A DNA stretch of 63,722 bases, the filler included, from Octopus bimaculoides (Eukaryota), in assembly GCF_001194135.2 (NCBI RefSeq). It is 5 parts of 5 records of this genome, joined end to end, with 100 filler letters (N's around TTAATTAATTAA, not from the genome) between each part and the next. Parts side by side here need not be neighbours in the genome. Positions count along the whole stretch, not along the records: positions 22,410 to 54,232 come from NC_068981.1; 4 more parts are not named here. The stretch is one strand, 5' to 3'. Shown piece after piece: positions 35,601 to 50,639 of the stretch (within the stretch, counting starts at the first letter, position 1; every line of letters begins with the position of its first letter). The position numbers and the translations under genes are program-made. The notes beneath the pieces are model-generated. The model did no database searches. It saw only the letters and a program-made list of their open reading frames with translations, and was not told where the DNA came from.

Positions 35601-36520
35601 ATCCTCGTCATCAAACGATCGCACACACATACAAGCACTTAGATATACATTCAACATAACGTAATGGCCACAGTAAATGCATGCAAGTGAATAATATAAT
35701 AACACTTGATCATTTGAACCTTATGTTTCATTAACATTAAAGATCAAATAGCTGCTGCTCTTTGAAACATTTCTTATTATAGTGTTTAATGATTTGTGAA
35801 TAAATCAAAGACTTAACCAAATGATTCCACCACCATCAGCGATATTAATATTAACAAAATCTACGAATCTTTCGATAATGCATTTGCAGTCGTCAACATA
35901 CGGTATACTTGTTACGCTAATATTGTAGTCGTGATGTCTTCTAAATTATTGTTATAGGATGTTCGTTGCAGCTAAGCTACAGGCTTGTCGTTCTGTGTAA
36001 ACGTATTGTTAACTAAAATGCACACGAGATTATTAAGCCTGTTTTGGTTATCTTGTACCCAATTATATTCGTTAAGGTTTTAAGACGGAAGAAAGTGATT
36101 TGGGGGATAGTGTTTGTATTTTCAGCAGTTCAGTCGAAATGGTGGAGGCCCCTCCCGTATGTTATACTAACTTTGTTGTAAAAAGTCGTAAAACGCATCA
36201 CATATGCATAGTCTACAGAAATTGGCTGATTAAAAGGACGCGTTTTATTGGCTTGTATAGTGTGTTCTAACGAGAGACTCTTTACTTGAAAATCAGACTT
36301 TTCGAGAAACTTATTACATGCATATATGTATGTATGTATGCATGTATGTATGTACGCATGTGTGTGAGTGTGCATGTGTGTGTGACTTTGTGTTGCGTAT
36401 GTCTACATCTGTGTATGTAGTTATGATAGTATTGGTAAATCTCATGCACTAGCTTAAATTATTGTTTCTGCATCAAGAAATAAAGCTTCGCGGTGATTTT
36501 GAGTGGCAAGATATTCAGGC

Positions 36521-36614
<94 letters not shown>

Positions 36615-36662
36615 GTGCGTGTGTGCGCGCGCGCGCGTGTGTGTGTGAGTGTGTGTGTGTAA

Positions 36663-36800
36663 CTCTTCGAAACGCTTAGATTAGTGTGGTCGCTGCTGAT
36701 GAAGAAAATGCTCTCTATGTGGCCTGTGTGTTTGCTGTGCTTTGTTTATGTTCTGTTTTTCATTTTGTCCACGTTTATTTGTGACATCCTGTACCCAGAT
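36663..36800 (+). repeat. Repeat family H2 (diverged)
   Basis: TTCGAAACG..CTGATGAAG..GTGACATCCTGTACCCAGATATGC. Confidence 0.6.
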
Positions 36801-37484
36801 ATGCATCTATATATACATGTAGATGAAGGTATGTACATACATGTACGTATATATGCATATACTCACATATTATTTGTATTATTAAATATATATATATATG
36901 ATGCGATACAGCAATATATATTAAATAATTTGATATAATACGATATAATACAATGTAATATAGNNNNNNNNNNNNNNNNNNNNNNNNNNNNNNNNNNNNN
37001 NNNNNNNNNNNNNNNNNNNNNNNNNNNNNNNNNNNNNNNNNNNNNNNNNNNNNNNNNNNNNNNNNNNNNNNNNNNNNNNNNNNNNNNNNNNNNNNNNNNN
37101 NNNNNNNNNNNNNNNNNNNNNNNNNNNNNNNNNNNNNNNNNNNNNNNNNNNNNNNNNNNNNNNNNNNNTCTTGTATATATTTGTATATTTGCTTGTATGT
37201 ATGTATATATATAAACGTACGTATGTATATACATATATAAATATATATATATATGATGCGATACAGCAATATATATTAAATAATTTGATATAATACGATA
37301 TAATACAATGTAATATAGTATGATGTAAAATAATGTACGTTTGAATGTTGAAATAATATCCATTATACCCGCCACTGCATAGATACACACACACACACAT
37401 GTATTACTAACAAGATTATGAAAGAGGCCTAAACGGAATGAATGGATTAGATATTTGTCCTCTCACCTCATTTCTCTTATTTTC

Positions 37485-37720
37485 TTATATTATACTCTTT
37501 TACTCTTTTACTCTTTTACTTGTTTCAGTCATTTGAATGCGGCCATGCTGGAGTACCGCCTTTAGTCGAGCAAATCGACCCCAGGACTTATTCTTTGTAA
37601 GCCTAGTACTTATTCTATCGACCTGTTTTGCCGAACCGCTAAGTTACGGGGACGTAAACACACCACCATCGGTTGTCGAGTGATGATGGGGGGAAAAACA
37701 CAGACACACAAACACACATA
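37485..37720 (-). mobile_element. SINE family B 3' tail
   Basis: Near-identical to the reverse complement of 56110-56300. Confidence 0.93.
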
Positions 37721-38148
37721 CATATATANNNNNNNNNNNNNNNNNNNNNNNNNNNNNNNNNNNNNNNNNNNNNNNNNNNNNNNNNNNNNNNNNNNNNNNN
37801 NNNNNNNNNNNNNNNNNNNNNNNNNNNNNNNNNNNNNNNNNNNNNNNNNNNNNNNNNNNNNNNNNNNNNNNNNNNNNNNNNNNNNNNNNNNNNNNNNNNN
37901 NNNNNNNNNNNNNNNNNNNNNNNNNNNNNNNNNNNNNNNNNNNNNNNNNNNNNNNNNNNNNNNNNNNNNNNNNNNNNNNNNNNNNNNNNNNNNNNNNNNN
38001 NNNNNNNNNNNNNNNNNNNNNNNNNNNNNNNNNNNNNNNNNNNNNNNNNNNNNNNNNNNNNNNNNNNNNNNNNNNNNNNNNNNNNNNNNNNNNNNNNNNN
38101 NNNNNNNNNNNNNNNNNNNNNNNNNNNNNNNNNNNNNNNNNNNNNNNN

Positions 38149-38195
<47 letters not shown>

Positions 38196-39221
38196 ATACA
38201 TGTACATCTCACTTGTGCCCTCTTTCGAATTGGGTCTTACTATAAACTTGTATTTATGTCTATAATTAACCGTTACTCTATAAAACTAAACGAATTTAAT
38301 ATCCTGCGACATAACCAATGGAATTTTTTACGCAACGTTTCCATTGTAATTTAAGCTAATATTCTGATATAGCTTTAAGTGTATATTTGAATTGGACTTC
38401 CACGAATATTTACGTTTGTAATTTTTGCCCTTTGAGGTTCAGCCAGAAAAACAAAAATAGACATGGTTTTCTTAAACTACAGTAATATCTGTCTGCAATG
38501 CGAAGGAGAGTAGTAGATAAAATTTTCAATCTAAAAATTTGTAGTAGATTCCAATATTTTGAGACTACAGCATTCCAGCATTCACATTATTCGAAGACTT
38601 GGAAATTTTCAATATATTCCAATATATTCAACATATTCCAATAATCCAATATTTATATGTAATTTGCTTTTGGCTTTCCTCTATCTCTTATTTTAGGTAG
38701 AGTTCTTATTTCCATCTGGCACAGCAACAAAGCTGGAACTTTGCCAGATGAGTGACGGTAATGAGTCTCACCATGATAAATTACATATTAATTTTATTAG
38801 TGATGTCGTTGATATTGTCGTTGAACCAGAGATTATTTTTTCCGTGGGAATCGGTGCCAGCCATAATACCCGTAGTCACTGTAGTGCTAGAACGATATAT
38901 AAAGGAACGCAGTAGTGTTGGTTATGATGCTCTCAGTTATTGTGCTGAATCATGTATGGAATTTAATATTCTGCTAGGATATTCCTTTTTTTTTTGTTGC
39001 ATCATTTTTAATAATGAAGAATAATTTATGTTGAATCGTTTAGTGACCAAGTATTGGCATGCAAAAAATAAAGCGTTCAGAGCGGAATTCCTATGTTAAT
39101 GTGGTATAAAGTAAAAATTATTAAAATGATCCGTGAAAAATAAATTATTTTATTAATAATAAAATATTATGCAATGTGTGATTTGGAGTTGGAAGGAAAA
39201 CATGTACAAGAGAGCGATATG

Positions 39222-39279
<58 letters not shown>

Positions 39280-40352
39280 NNNNNNNNNNNNNNNNNNNNN
39301 NNNNNNNNNNNNNNNNNNNNNNNNNNNNNNNNNNNNNNNNNNNNNNNNNNNNNNNNNNNNNNNNNNNNNNNNNNNNNNNNNNNNNNNNNNNNNNNNNNNN
39401 NNNNNNNNNNNNNNNNNNNNNNNNNNNNNTATATATATATATATATATGTTTGTATGTATGCATGTATATATTTAGCAAGTAATATATAAAAGTAGATAG
39501 AAAGGATTCAAAGAGATCAATAAAAGTATTAGTGAATAAATGTATAAATAATTAGATAAACCACAAATATAATACGAAATGTTTTCCGATACCGTTTTTC
39601 AAACATCCTTCTATAAAACGGTGGTTCCGTGCAAAAAGTGTTTGGTTATGAGAATACATTGACGGAATAGGTATCATGAAAAAAATTCAAAATATAACGA
39701 AACGTATGAGGCACATCTCTTTAAATATATCAAACATCATTAATGCGGAGTTTCCATAAAAGATTTTCTCTCATATTCACGTATTCTTTTTTTGGTGTTA
39801 TCCAAAACATATTTATATAGCTATAGACAGATTAAACATGGAATCCTTGCTTACATTAAGATATAACCGGTTGACATAATGAGTGTGTTACACCTTTTAC
39901 TGAGGACAATGACACATATCTTCAAAGAAAATCCGTATGGTTTGCTTTCGTATTCTCTCATCAATGAGACTTCATAATTAATAAAGTTATGTGACTGTTA
40001 TGTGAATATTTCCTGTTACTCATCTACAGTGGGGTTGAAACTGCTAAATTCTTATGAGAACAAAGGATATTTAATATTGCATGTAATATTTCGATAGCTG
40101 TTTTATCACATTCATTTCCAACATTTTTTTCTTTTGATTTGATTTTGTCTATCCTTTTATTGTTTTCTTGTTTCGTGTTTGCTTAGGCTTATTTGAATAT
40201 GCGTAATCCTATATCCTGAGATGAACCAGATTAACAAATAAGATCATCAATTATTAAAGCCATAAGTGTACGTGTTGTATATGCATCTGTGTGTATACAC
40301 ATAAATTTCGCACATACAAAAACAAACACCCACTTTCTGTATCCATTTTTCC

Positions 40353-40426
<74 letters not shown>

Positions 40427-40436
40427 NNNNNNNNNN

Positions 40437-40484
<48 letters not shown>

Positions 40485-43400
40485 TGTGTATGTGTAAGCG
40501 TGTGCCTATGCATACGTGATCTGACATATCCCGTATAAATCTGTGCTTGTAGTTCAATCAGAGACTATTTGTTTCTTTTATATTCATTTCTATGCTTAGG
40601 TTGTATATGTATATGTATACACACACATATATTATGTATTTTATAGAGGTATATTAAATATATAATGATATTCTTTGTGTAAACAAGACAGCTATTCATG
40701 TGTCATGCAATGATCATATTTTGCCAAGCCAAACATGAAAACATATCAATATCAGCTTATTAAAAATACATGCTCATTATTAGTAAGGATGATATCTCAG
40801 CCGGTCATTACTTCTAAGAGGATGTTTGAATAAATCAAATTTCACAAAGGGACATGGGAAAATCTCGAGAGATCACAGAGAATCACGAATTATATTTTTT
40901 TCTCTTTCATCTATGGAATCCCTAATATTATCACTAGGGTGTTTCCTGTTCTGAAGTATCTAACGTAAATCTCTTTTGTTGAATCAATGAACATCTGATC
41001 ATTTTCTAACCATACTGTGTGTGCCTACTCGTAATTGTATGTGCAGAGGCTGTATTGATTGAAGCGATGCATGGGAAACAGTGCGCTAGTAGCTGACGTT
41101 ATTCCTGAAATTCGTTAAGATATTAACAAATTCTTAGGGAGTTAATTAATTATTTATGCATAGAATGCAAGAATATTTTCTTTTATACTTTGTTTTAGCT
41201 TCATTTTCTAGAGTGCGATTGGAGAAGTAATATTCTGATATTGATTATAAAGCAATATTTTCGAACGCAGGTAAAATCGAAAGGAGAGGAAGATCGAGTT
41301 GCATTTCAGAAATGACAGGTTTGGTAATATTTTGCGTAAAATAGTAAAAGTCGTTACAAGAATTAATAAATATAGGAGTGACAGAATTAACAAAGAATAA
41401 AGGAAGATAATAACTGTATACGTAATGAATAAGATTTCGTAACAATTTTGCAAGTTATGTAAAATTATGGATAAAATTCCATGTGTCTGTGAAATACTCG
41501 AACACTTGAACATTAATACTGTAATTATTTGATAAAAGAACTAAAATATATATCTCTGTAGACAATGGAACATTCACGAAGCCTTGTGCACAATCATTTT
41601 TTCCATTTGTCTCTGGCATTTTTCATATAATCAATATGTTATTAGTGTTGAACTTCACCGCACAAATCGTTGAGTCCTTGACCGTAGCTAACATCCTAAA
41701 CTTGCGTGTTCACGTCATCTTTCTGAATTTTGGCTTATAAATGAATATGTTATATAGATATTCAGCTATACAGATCTGCGAGTACCAACAAAATGTGACG
41801 TGAATTTCTGATTTATCGGAAGGAAAATGAGATGATTTCAAGCATGAATTTATTTTGAAATAACCAAAATCAAATGGAGCAGTACGAACAACCAATTATT
41901 TGTTTGTAAGAAATGCTATTTCCTTGTATTTCTGGTAATCTTACTTGAAGTGTATTTTATATCCCACCAGATATCAAAATATAAACTTACTTCCCGAGTA
42001 GTCATTGATACTTAACCCAATGTGATATGTGTCTGGTACTTAGATATAAGTATATAAGTAAGGAATCTATTACATCCCATACTTCTACCGCTTAACAAAT
42101 TGTTCACTTTTAGACACAGATTAAACCTGATCCAGATTTACGAACAATTATTTTATCCCTTTATTGATTAACAAATGCATACGACAGCGATAACTATTGT
42201 GATGATGAGAAGTAACATTTTCATAATTTTAGTTGCTATTTCTTACAATCAAAAGAAACTAGATTATTTAAAACCGTAATTCTTGATATTGATGTTGTTT
42301 AGACCTCGACCGGCTCTGGTGGCAGATTATGATCAAATATTTCTGGCTGTAATGCTCAGTGGAAAGTTCTGTCTTAAATACTAGGATAAAATTTGCGTTG
42401 TGTCTGCTTGTTATACCTTGCAGGCTTAGAGACTATGTCAATCACGTTGTAGTTGATCATTATTCTATGCTATGGTAGACACCGTGCTATTTGAGGTTCT
42501 TTTATGACTGTAAGAGTTGTTTAGATCCTGGTCAACCTATTTAAGTAATATAGATACCATTTTGTCACCTTCTTATCTATGTTAGTGAATTAAAAACCAT
42601 AAAGCACATAGAAGACAAAAGAATTGATTTTATACATTAAGGAATGAAACACGAGACGATTGTCCAGCGTATAGAACAATTGCCATTCGTGATAAAAAAA
42701 AAAAACAGCGATAAATTTACATTTGTCTCTATCAACATTGTCATCGGTATTATCCTACCACCATGTGCTTTTTACCACGAAACATACTTTCATTGGAAAC
42801 TACTTTCCTTTGTTTAGTCTGCTTTATTTAAGAGGAGCGAAACTTCGATTTTATATGCTTTTGTGCGTTTTGACTTATCCTGAGACCTCTTGCGTATCAG
42901 TATTATACACTGATATAAATCTATGTTAGATTTTGCATATTTTGAAGTTATATTAATATATTTTCTGTACCGTTTTGAATATATCATACAATGATATGGT
43001 AGGATTTGATTTAACAGTCTACTGGTTGTCTTTCACTAACAAGTTAAGTGTGTGCACCGTCTCATTTCACTGAGACGACGGTAGAACTAAGTGTATCCTT
43101 AGGGACGTTTATTATATCTACAGTGAAGAAATTCACTGTAGTGAATACAGTGTTGGAATAATCCATATCTACAAGTACGTAATATTAGGAATATAAGACA
43201 ATTCAACACATTCATTCAATATATACGCAGTAAAAATAAATTAAATATGTAGAAAAGGTAGCGAATAGATAACCTTTCAAAAAAAAAAAGAAAAAAAAGG
43301 ATATTTAATATGAGTGGAAATGTATTGTTTAATATATTGGTATTGCAAACGTCCGGTGAGAGAAAGTGATAAATAAAGTAACGTTTGAATTTCACTTATA

Positions 43401-43790
43401 TCAGTAAAACAAACAGCAGTGATATACTTTGTAGATATTTCAGTACCAACTTAAACCCAGTAACACCATTAAAGCTTTAGTGAAATTTATGAATATAAAG
43501 CAATCTTCTGTCCACCATTTTGACTATATAATAAATCAATATAGGAGTCGAGTAAATTACTTTCCTCTCCAGTGTCTTGTGCTGAGAGGTAATAAATAAT
43601 AATTTAGTTTCAGAACTATCTAAGTAAGGATTATTGAATATTTCTATACAGCAGAGATATGTTTAATCATACCTATCTATATTAACATTATATTCATTGC
43701 TTTACATGTTACTGCTACTTAAATATTTATATTAGCATGAAGCATAAGGTGGCACATAGACATATCAACGCACAAATATATACGGGTGAA

Positions 43791-43844
<54 letters not shown>

Positions 43845-46046
43845 GCTCATTGTATTTCTGTGTCTACATAATTATTGTAACTGCAATGAGCACAGCCCTC
43901 CAGATACGAATTTCTAGGAGGAAGATGGTTGTATTGTTTTTTTAATTCAGTAAAAAAAAAGAAGCGTGGCTTAAATGTAACACAAGAGTGGTGTATATGT
44001 AAACCTTACCCATCATACTGCAGTATTCTTCTATACGCTCCTGGAATCCATTTCATTCTATATTTTCTCACTTTAGATAACTGAAGAAATATTTGTCTGT
44101 TGCAGAAAGTTATCTGTGCTGCTTATACAAACGTCATATTCGTAAGGAAATTTATGGTTTATGATTTTAATTTTACACAGAGTATAAATGGTATTCATAT
44201 ACAAAAGATGATTTGAAATATATCATTATAGATATCTTCCTGTTGAAACTGTAAGCGCTGTTCAAAGTATCAAGTATGTAAATACCTTCATTAGACAAGG
44301 TGATTAATTAGGTCCGACATTAAACGACAATCCTTTCGTGTCCAAATGTGAGGACTGGTCCTATCGGCTCTTAAGAGAAATAATGCAATATGACAAACCA
44401 AGAGACTACAATATACGGAAACCATTTTATTATTCATTTAAATCATTTGTAACGAATAGTAGTCTTAAATAATTCTGTTATCGCTTCAAAGTGAAAAGTA
44501 AATAATGGTAACTATTGCCACGTTATGACACTGATTTCCACCCAGAGACACAAACTACTCAAATATTTTTCATTCAGTGAAACGTGAAATATATTCCTCA
44601 TTCATTACTTACATTATTGACTTCATACGAATACAAAAACAAAACAATGACCACTGACATAGGAAAACAGTGATTAAAAAGTACTAATTTTGCAATTAGC
44701 CGGTCGGTTGTACAACATGTCCTTACATGCGACCACAAACAAGCAATGTCTATCATACGGCATGTTAAATTTAACAGTGATATTCGTCCGAAGATAATAT
44801 TTGTTAATCACTGGCTAGTAGGCACACTACCCAAACAAAATGGGTATGTAGCATGCCATCACCATTGCTACGAGATATTCGTCTACTACCGATATATTTT
44901 TGAGTTATTTAAGACAGTATTTACATAAGAGATATTATCTCCAGAAGAATACCGCAGCTATTTTCGCTTTTTATGATGCATTTGCATTTATTATGGTACC
45001 CAAGCTTTTAATTTAATACAGTACTTCTCTTGCGAATAAGGTGTGTATATATACACACATATGTACACGTACATATGTACACACACACGCACACACACAC
45101 ACACACATATATATAGAGAGAAAGAAAGATAAAGAGACAGACAGACAAATAAATAGAGAGATAAAGAGAGATATGTATAAAAAGAGAAAGAGAGAGAGAG
45201 AAACATATACATTCATGCGTGTTTTTCATATATGGGTGTCATGTGACAGTATGGCAGGGTTGTGGCTCTTTCCTCCGCATTGATGTCATTTCAAAACCCA
45301 TCGCTCCACCAGACCTGCGAAAATATTTCTGTTTGCATTATATTTCATCATCCTGTATAATTTGAGAAGATCGTTATTCTATAAACTTCTGAGAATACGA
45401 CTTGTCTGACTAAAATGTTAGATATAATCACTTATATCTGACACTTTTGTATATTGAACATCATTGATCGTTAGAACAACAGACATCATCTCAGTTGGCA
45501 AATGTTGATAAAAGTCACCTTAACGTGATTTGAATTTAAGATGAGGTTCGTTTGTTGGTAGTTTCTATTACATTCTTCATCTAATTTTATTTAATTCCAC
45601 ATATTTTGACTGGTACTTAGGACTGATGATTTTATGTGGTATATTCTATTGTTATTTTCTTCATCCTATTGTTATATATTAGCAGGATGTATTCTGTCTT
45701 CGTTAGTATGCATATTGCGGGAGCTAGCTGTCCTGGCGAATTATGTTGTATATATTATTAAGTATACCAACAAGTATTTACCTCATCTCATGTATTGGTA
45801 CATTTATTCATGAATAAATATTATATTACATTTATATGTATTTTACCAAACATTATCTCCATAAACATGATGTCAGTGAAATGTAAAGTAATTTTGCTTT
45901 GCATTTATTTTCATATAATTTCTATCTAGAGCATTCTTTGTCAATACACTTCTGTCTACTTCAATGAATTTGTATTTGTCTAAGTCTTTGCCAGGCACTC
46001 CCATCGTGCAATTCGAAATATTTCTATCTGAAACACACATAGCATT

Positions 46047-46082
<36 letters not shown>

Positions 46083-46651
46083 NNNNNNNNNNNNNNNNNN
46101 NNNNNNNNNNNNNNNNNNNNNNNNNNNNNNNNNNNNNNNNNNNNNNNNNNNNNNNNNNNNNNNNNNNNNNNNNNNNNNNNNNNNNNNNNNNNNNNNNNNN
46201 NNNNNNNNNNNNNNNNNNNNNNNNNNNNNNNNNNNNNNNNNNNNNNNNNNNNNNNNNNNNNNNNNNNNNNNNNNNNNNNNNNNNNNNNNNNNNNNNNNNN
46301 NNNNNNNNNNNNNNNNNNNNNNNNNNNNNNNNNNNNNNNNNNNNNNNNNNNNNNNNNNNNNNNNNNNNNNNNNNNNNNNNNNNNNNNNNNNNNNNNNNNN
46401 NNNNNNNNNNNNNNNNNNNNNNNNNNNNNNNNNNNNNNNNNNNNNNNNNNNNNNNNNNNNNNNNNNNNNNNNNNNNNNNNNNNNNNNNNNNNNNNNNNNN
46501 NNNNNNNNNNNNNNNNNNNNNNNNNNNNNNNNNNNNNNNNNNNNNNNNNNNNNNNNNNNNNNNNNNNNNNNNNNNNNNNNNNNNNNNNNNNNNNNNNNNN
46601 NNNNNNNNNNNNNNNNNNNNNNNNNNNNNNNNNNNNNNNNNNNNNNNNNNN

Positions 46652-46686
<35 letters not shown>

Positions 46687-46835
46687 ACTATCTTTCTGCC
46701 TGTATCTATGTATCTATGTACACACACACGTACACACACATGCAAACACACAAGGCATGTATATGTGTTTGTGCGCTGATGTATAAAATCTATGTAGGTG
46801 TATAGATATATCGATGCATGAATGTGAGTATACTT

Positions 46836-46877
<42 letters not shown>

Positions 46878-47686
46878 TTATATATATATATATTTATATA
46901 TATACATATAAATTGATAGATAGATAGATACAGATATATAAAAGAGAGAAATATATAGAGAGGGGGTATTTCTGTAATTCATACCCATACATGAAATTTA
47001 CTGAGTGTAACATAAAAGTGTATCATATAATTATGTGTGCTAACACAATAAGAAAAAAAAATATTACTTCTAGAGTCGACATATCTGTCAATATATTGCC
47101 CTTTATCTGACTTGATATGCAAATACTTGCATACATACGCACACAAATACGTTCATCTGCACACGTCCCCCACTATTTCTAACACACACACACACATACA
47201 CATCAAGTATGCAAAATCTCGGTAATATAAACATTACTTTTATTTATTCTATATATTCAGCTGCAAGGGGGGAAACATATGCATATTGATATTGATTATT
47301 AATGAAAGTTAACTTATTCCTGCCAGCATTTGTTTTAATGTGATTACTATGATTATTGTAATTATTTTGCTTTGGACGTTGTTGATATCAATGCGTCTCT
47401 TCGTTTATATTGTTCCTTTGTTGCGTAAGTATATCGAGGAAATTACAGAAACAACGTATGTTTGGAGAAATTCTGAATAAATTTGCATGATTACTTTCAG
47501 TAATCATATATGCTTATCTGGATGTGCAAAGAGAACACACCTATGTACATTCTACTAGATGATCCATGAATAGCTGTTGAATCTTATCTTGTGGTTGGCT
47601 TTTCCTTTCTTAGGAGTGAGCCTTATGTGTTAGCCAATGCGTTTATTTTCACAGTGATGCACATGTATATCTGTTGAATTTAGAAT

Positions 47687-48486
47687 ATGTGAAGGGGTAC
47701 CCAAAACAATTCATCTTCAAGGTATTTTCCACTTGAAGAAATTCATCGGTTCAGGCAAGTTTTCCACTATTTGAAGCAGTGCTGGAACTCTTTCGAAGTG
47801 ATGCCTTTTAAAGTCTCTGTCATATTTTTTTCAACTGTTCCACATCTGCCAATTCCGTAAGCATCAGCTTTCGTCACTAGTGATGAGCTTTGAAAAAAGG
47901 TCCGGATCAACTTCCAAAAGTTCTTTTGGTTCAGAACACGCATTCAGTCGTGACTGCTTTTGATATTTCTTGAGCAAGTGAGGTACAAATTTTGCAGCAA
48001 CTCTTTTCTTTCTCAACTCCTCGCTCGAAGTTCGTTGGTAAGAACTCCAGGTCACACCAGTCATATCAACAAGTTCGTCAATTATTTGGTGACAGTCTTC
48101 TAAGTTCAGTGCATAATTTTTAATGATGTTTTCATTCCATTGAGATATTGACGTTTGCCCTGAACATGGTCGGTCTTCAAGCGACAAATGATCATCCTTA
48201 AATCAGGGAAACCACATATAAATTTACGATTTGTTCAACACAGCATCCTTGTAAGGTGTTTGAAGCATTACACCTGTTTTGGCCACCGTTTTCCCCAGCA
48301 GAAAAGAGGAATTCACGAAAGCACGCTGTTCCTTTGTTTCAGCCGTCGCAAATTGTCGACGAACAGAGAAGCACAGCAAAACAAAGACGCACCACGTGAC
48401 AGTACGACTTGACTCGACGACGTCTTATTAACAACGGGTTTGTCCCACATATAACTTTTCCGGTTCTATTTGGGTACTCCTTTGTA
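47687..48486 (-). mobile_element. Mariner transposon, internally deleted, both TIRs present
   Basis: LEDRPCSG..IDELVDMTGVTWSSYQR..SEELR.KRVAAKFVPHLL..DPDLFSKLITSDES then jumps to the C-terminal helix. Ends GAAGGGGTACCCAAAA and (reverse complement) CAAAGGAGTACCCAAAT. Confidence 0.92.
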
Positions 48487-49337
48487 CACCAATAATATAC
48501 TCAGGGAAGCACTGCCGTTTCATTTTCGTGAAGTAGAAAACCCTTGCGATGTCAGATACTGAATATATGTGTTTTACTTATGCGTTTATTGGCTGAGGTG
48601 TTAGCGCCAGGCGAAAGAGCGAGTAGTTCTGAATAGTTCAAGTCAAGTGAGACAACTTGTACCGCAGGTGAAAGAGAACGATGGATATCGATATTTCGCT
48701 CTTAGTTCAGTTCTTCAGCATCGTATATTTGAATCAGTTCGAAACGAATTGGAATCCCTGACATGAGGGATGTATGCAAATATCTGCTTATGTGCAACAG
48801 CACCGAACAAGGGAGATAAAATTAAATTATAAGCCGTATTAATAATGTAAACATTGCTAATGTGACATCCTGAATATATCTGTTTTGTTTATACGCTTTA
48901 TAACTGCGGGATAGCAACAGGAGAAAAGGGACTTTAAGACGCCGTGTGAAAAAATACGTTAATTAGTATTCGCGCTCAACACATACACCAGTATTTTGGT
49001 TTTGTACATGTCAGATCGGTCTCCGTTTGTCTAATGAATAACAACAGCCGCTCTTCAACGACTGAAAATTTTACATTAGTAGACTTATATCTTTGTTTGT
49101 TTTACTTATTATTATTTTAATATTTTTTATTAGCAAAGTAATACAAAATATCTTCCCTTTAAAATTAGGTATATAAATATATTTTCAACGTATGCAACAA
49201 AATAGATATGCACACAAAAGCGAGCAGGAAAAAGTGAAATAGTTTGGTTTTGGAAAAACGAATGTCGAAGCCATAAAAAAATAACGAGTAAATATCAGGT
49301 TAAAAACCTTTTGGACAGACAAGGTCCAGGGTTGTCC

Positions 49338-49395
<58 letters not shown>

Positions 49396-50255
49396 NNNNN
49401 NNNNNNNNNNNNNNNNNNNNNNNNNNNNNNNNNNNNNNNNNNNNNNNNNNNNNNNNNNNNNNNNNNNNNNNNNNNNNNNNNNNNNNNNNNNNNNNNNNNN
49501 NNNNNNNNNNNNNNNNNNNNNNNNNNNNNNNNNNNNNNNNNNNNNNNNNNNNNNNNNNNNNNNNNNNNNNNNNNNNNNNNNNNNNNNNNNNNNNNNNNNN
49601 NNNNNNNNNNNNNNNNNNNNNNNNNNNNNNNNNNNCTCTCTCTCTCTCTCTTCCTCTCTCTCTCTCTCTTCCTCTCTCTCTCTCTCTTCCTCTCTCTCTC
49701 TCTCTTCCTCTCTCTCTCAAAAAAGAATTTTTAGTTTAATTTTTGTAATTTTTTTTTACAAATAAGATGTTTTAGTAGGTAGATAAATATTTCATTAAAA
49801 TAGAATTGTTATTGATGGATTTAATGGTATTCTGAATTCCAGTAGAAGATGATATCAGATAAGTAAGCAAAATATTATTACGAATATGTTCCTCTCCAAT
49901 TTCCGCTGTTAAAACGCATTTTCCTGGTCATTACTAACCTAAACGCACATGCGCACTTGCGTTCACAGACTCACTCAGAACATACACAGACGTTTAAGTA
50001 CATACACGCACATATATGCACAAGTGTTCGGGCATGCGCTGAGTTTTCTCTCCCTAAGAAGAGCGCTTGCACATTTATACCTAAGTCATTTTAATATCTT
50101 TAGTGTTACTTCATATCAAAATACAATGTCTCTTCTTTTCCCGATTATACCCACATTTAAAATGTGATCCACTGCTTATAACATAGACTAATGTCTAACT
50201 TATTTCTTCTGAGTGAGTATTATATCGGTGTTGTATTTTGCTCTGGATGCTGGAT

Positions 50256-50395
50256 GTTATTACTTAGTATAACAGGTGGGTTGTTATTACTTGGTATATT
50301 ATTACTTAGTTGTTATTACTTGGCATGTTATTACTTAATATACCAGTGGGTTGTTATTACTTGGTATATTATTTTGTTATTACTTACTATATTAT
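50256..50395. repeat. Degenerate minisatellite built on GTTATTACTT(G/A)G units
   Basis: TTATTACTT recurs about seven times with variable spacers. Confidence 0.75.
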
Positions 50396-50545
50396 TTCTT
50401 CTTGCTTATTTATCTCGGGGTTCCTAGCTCCCTGCTTGCACTAATACATACAATTGAAAATTGATTTTGTTTGAAAGTGTATGTATGTATATCTATCAAT
50501 CTATCTATCTATCTATCCGTGTGTCTATCTATCTATATATATATG

Positions 50546-50639
<94 letters not shown>

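Noticed and set aside
41208-41513. Hydrophobic 101-aa ORF suggesting a GPCR or transporter fragment
   Set aside because: No family motifs; hydrophobicity is expected from T-rich sequence.
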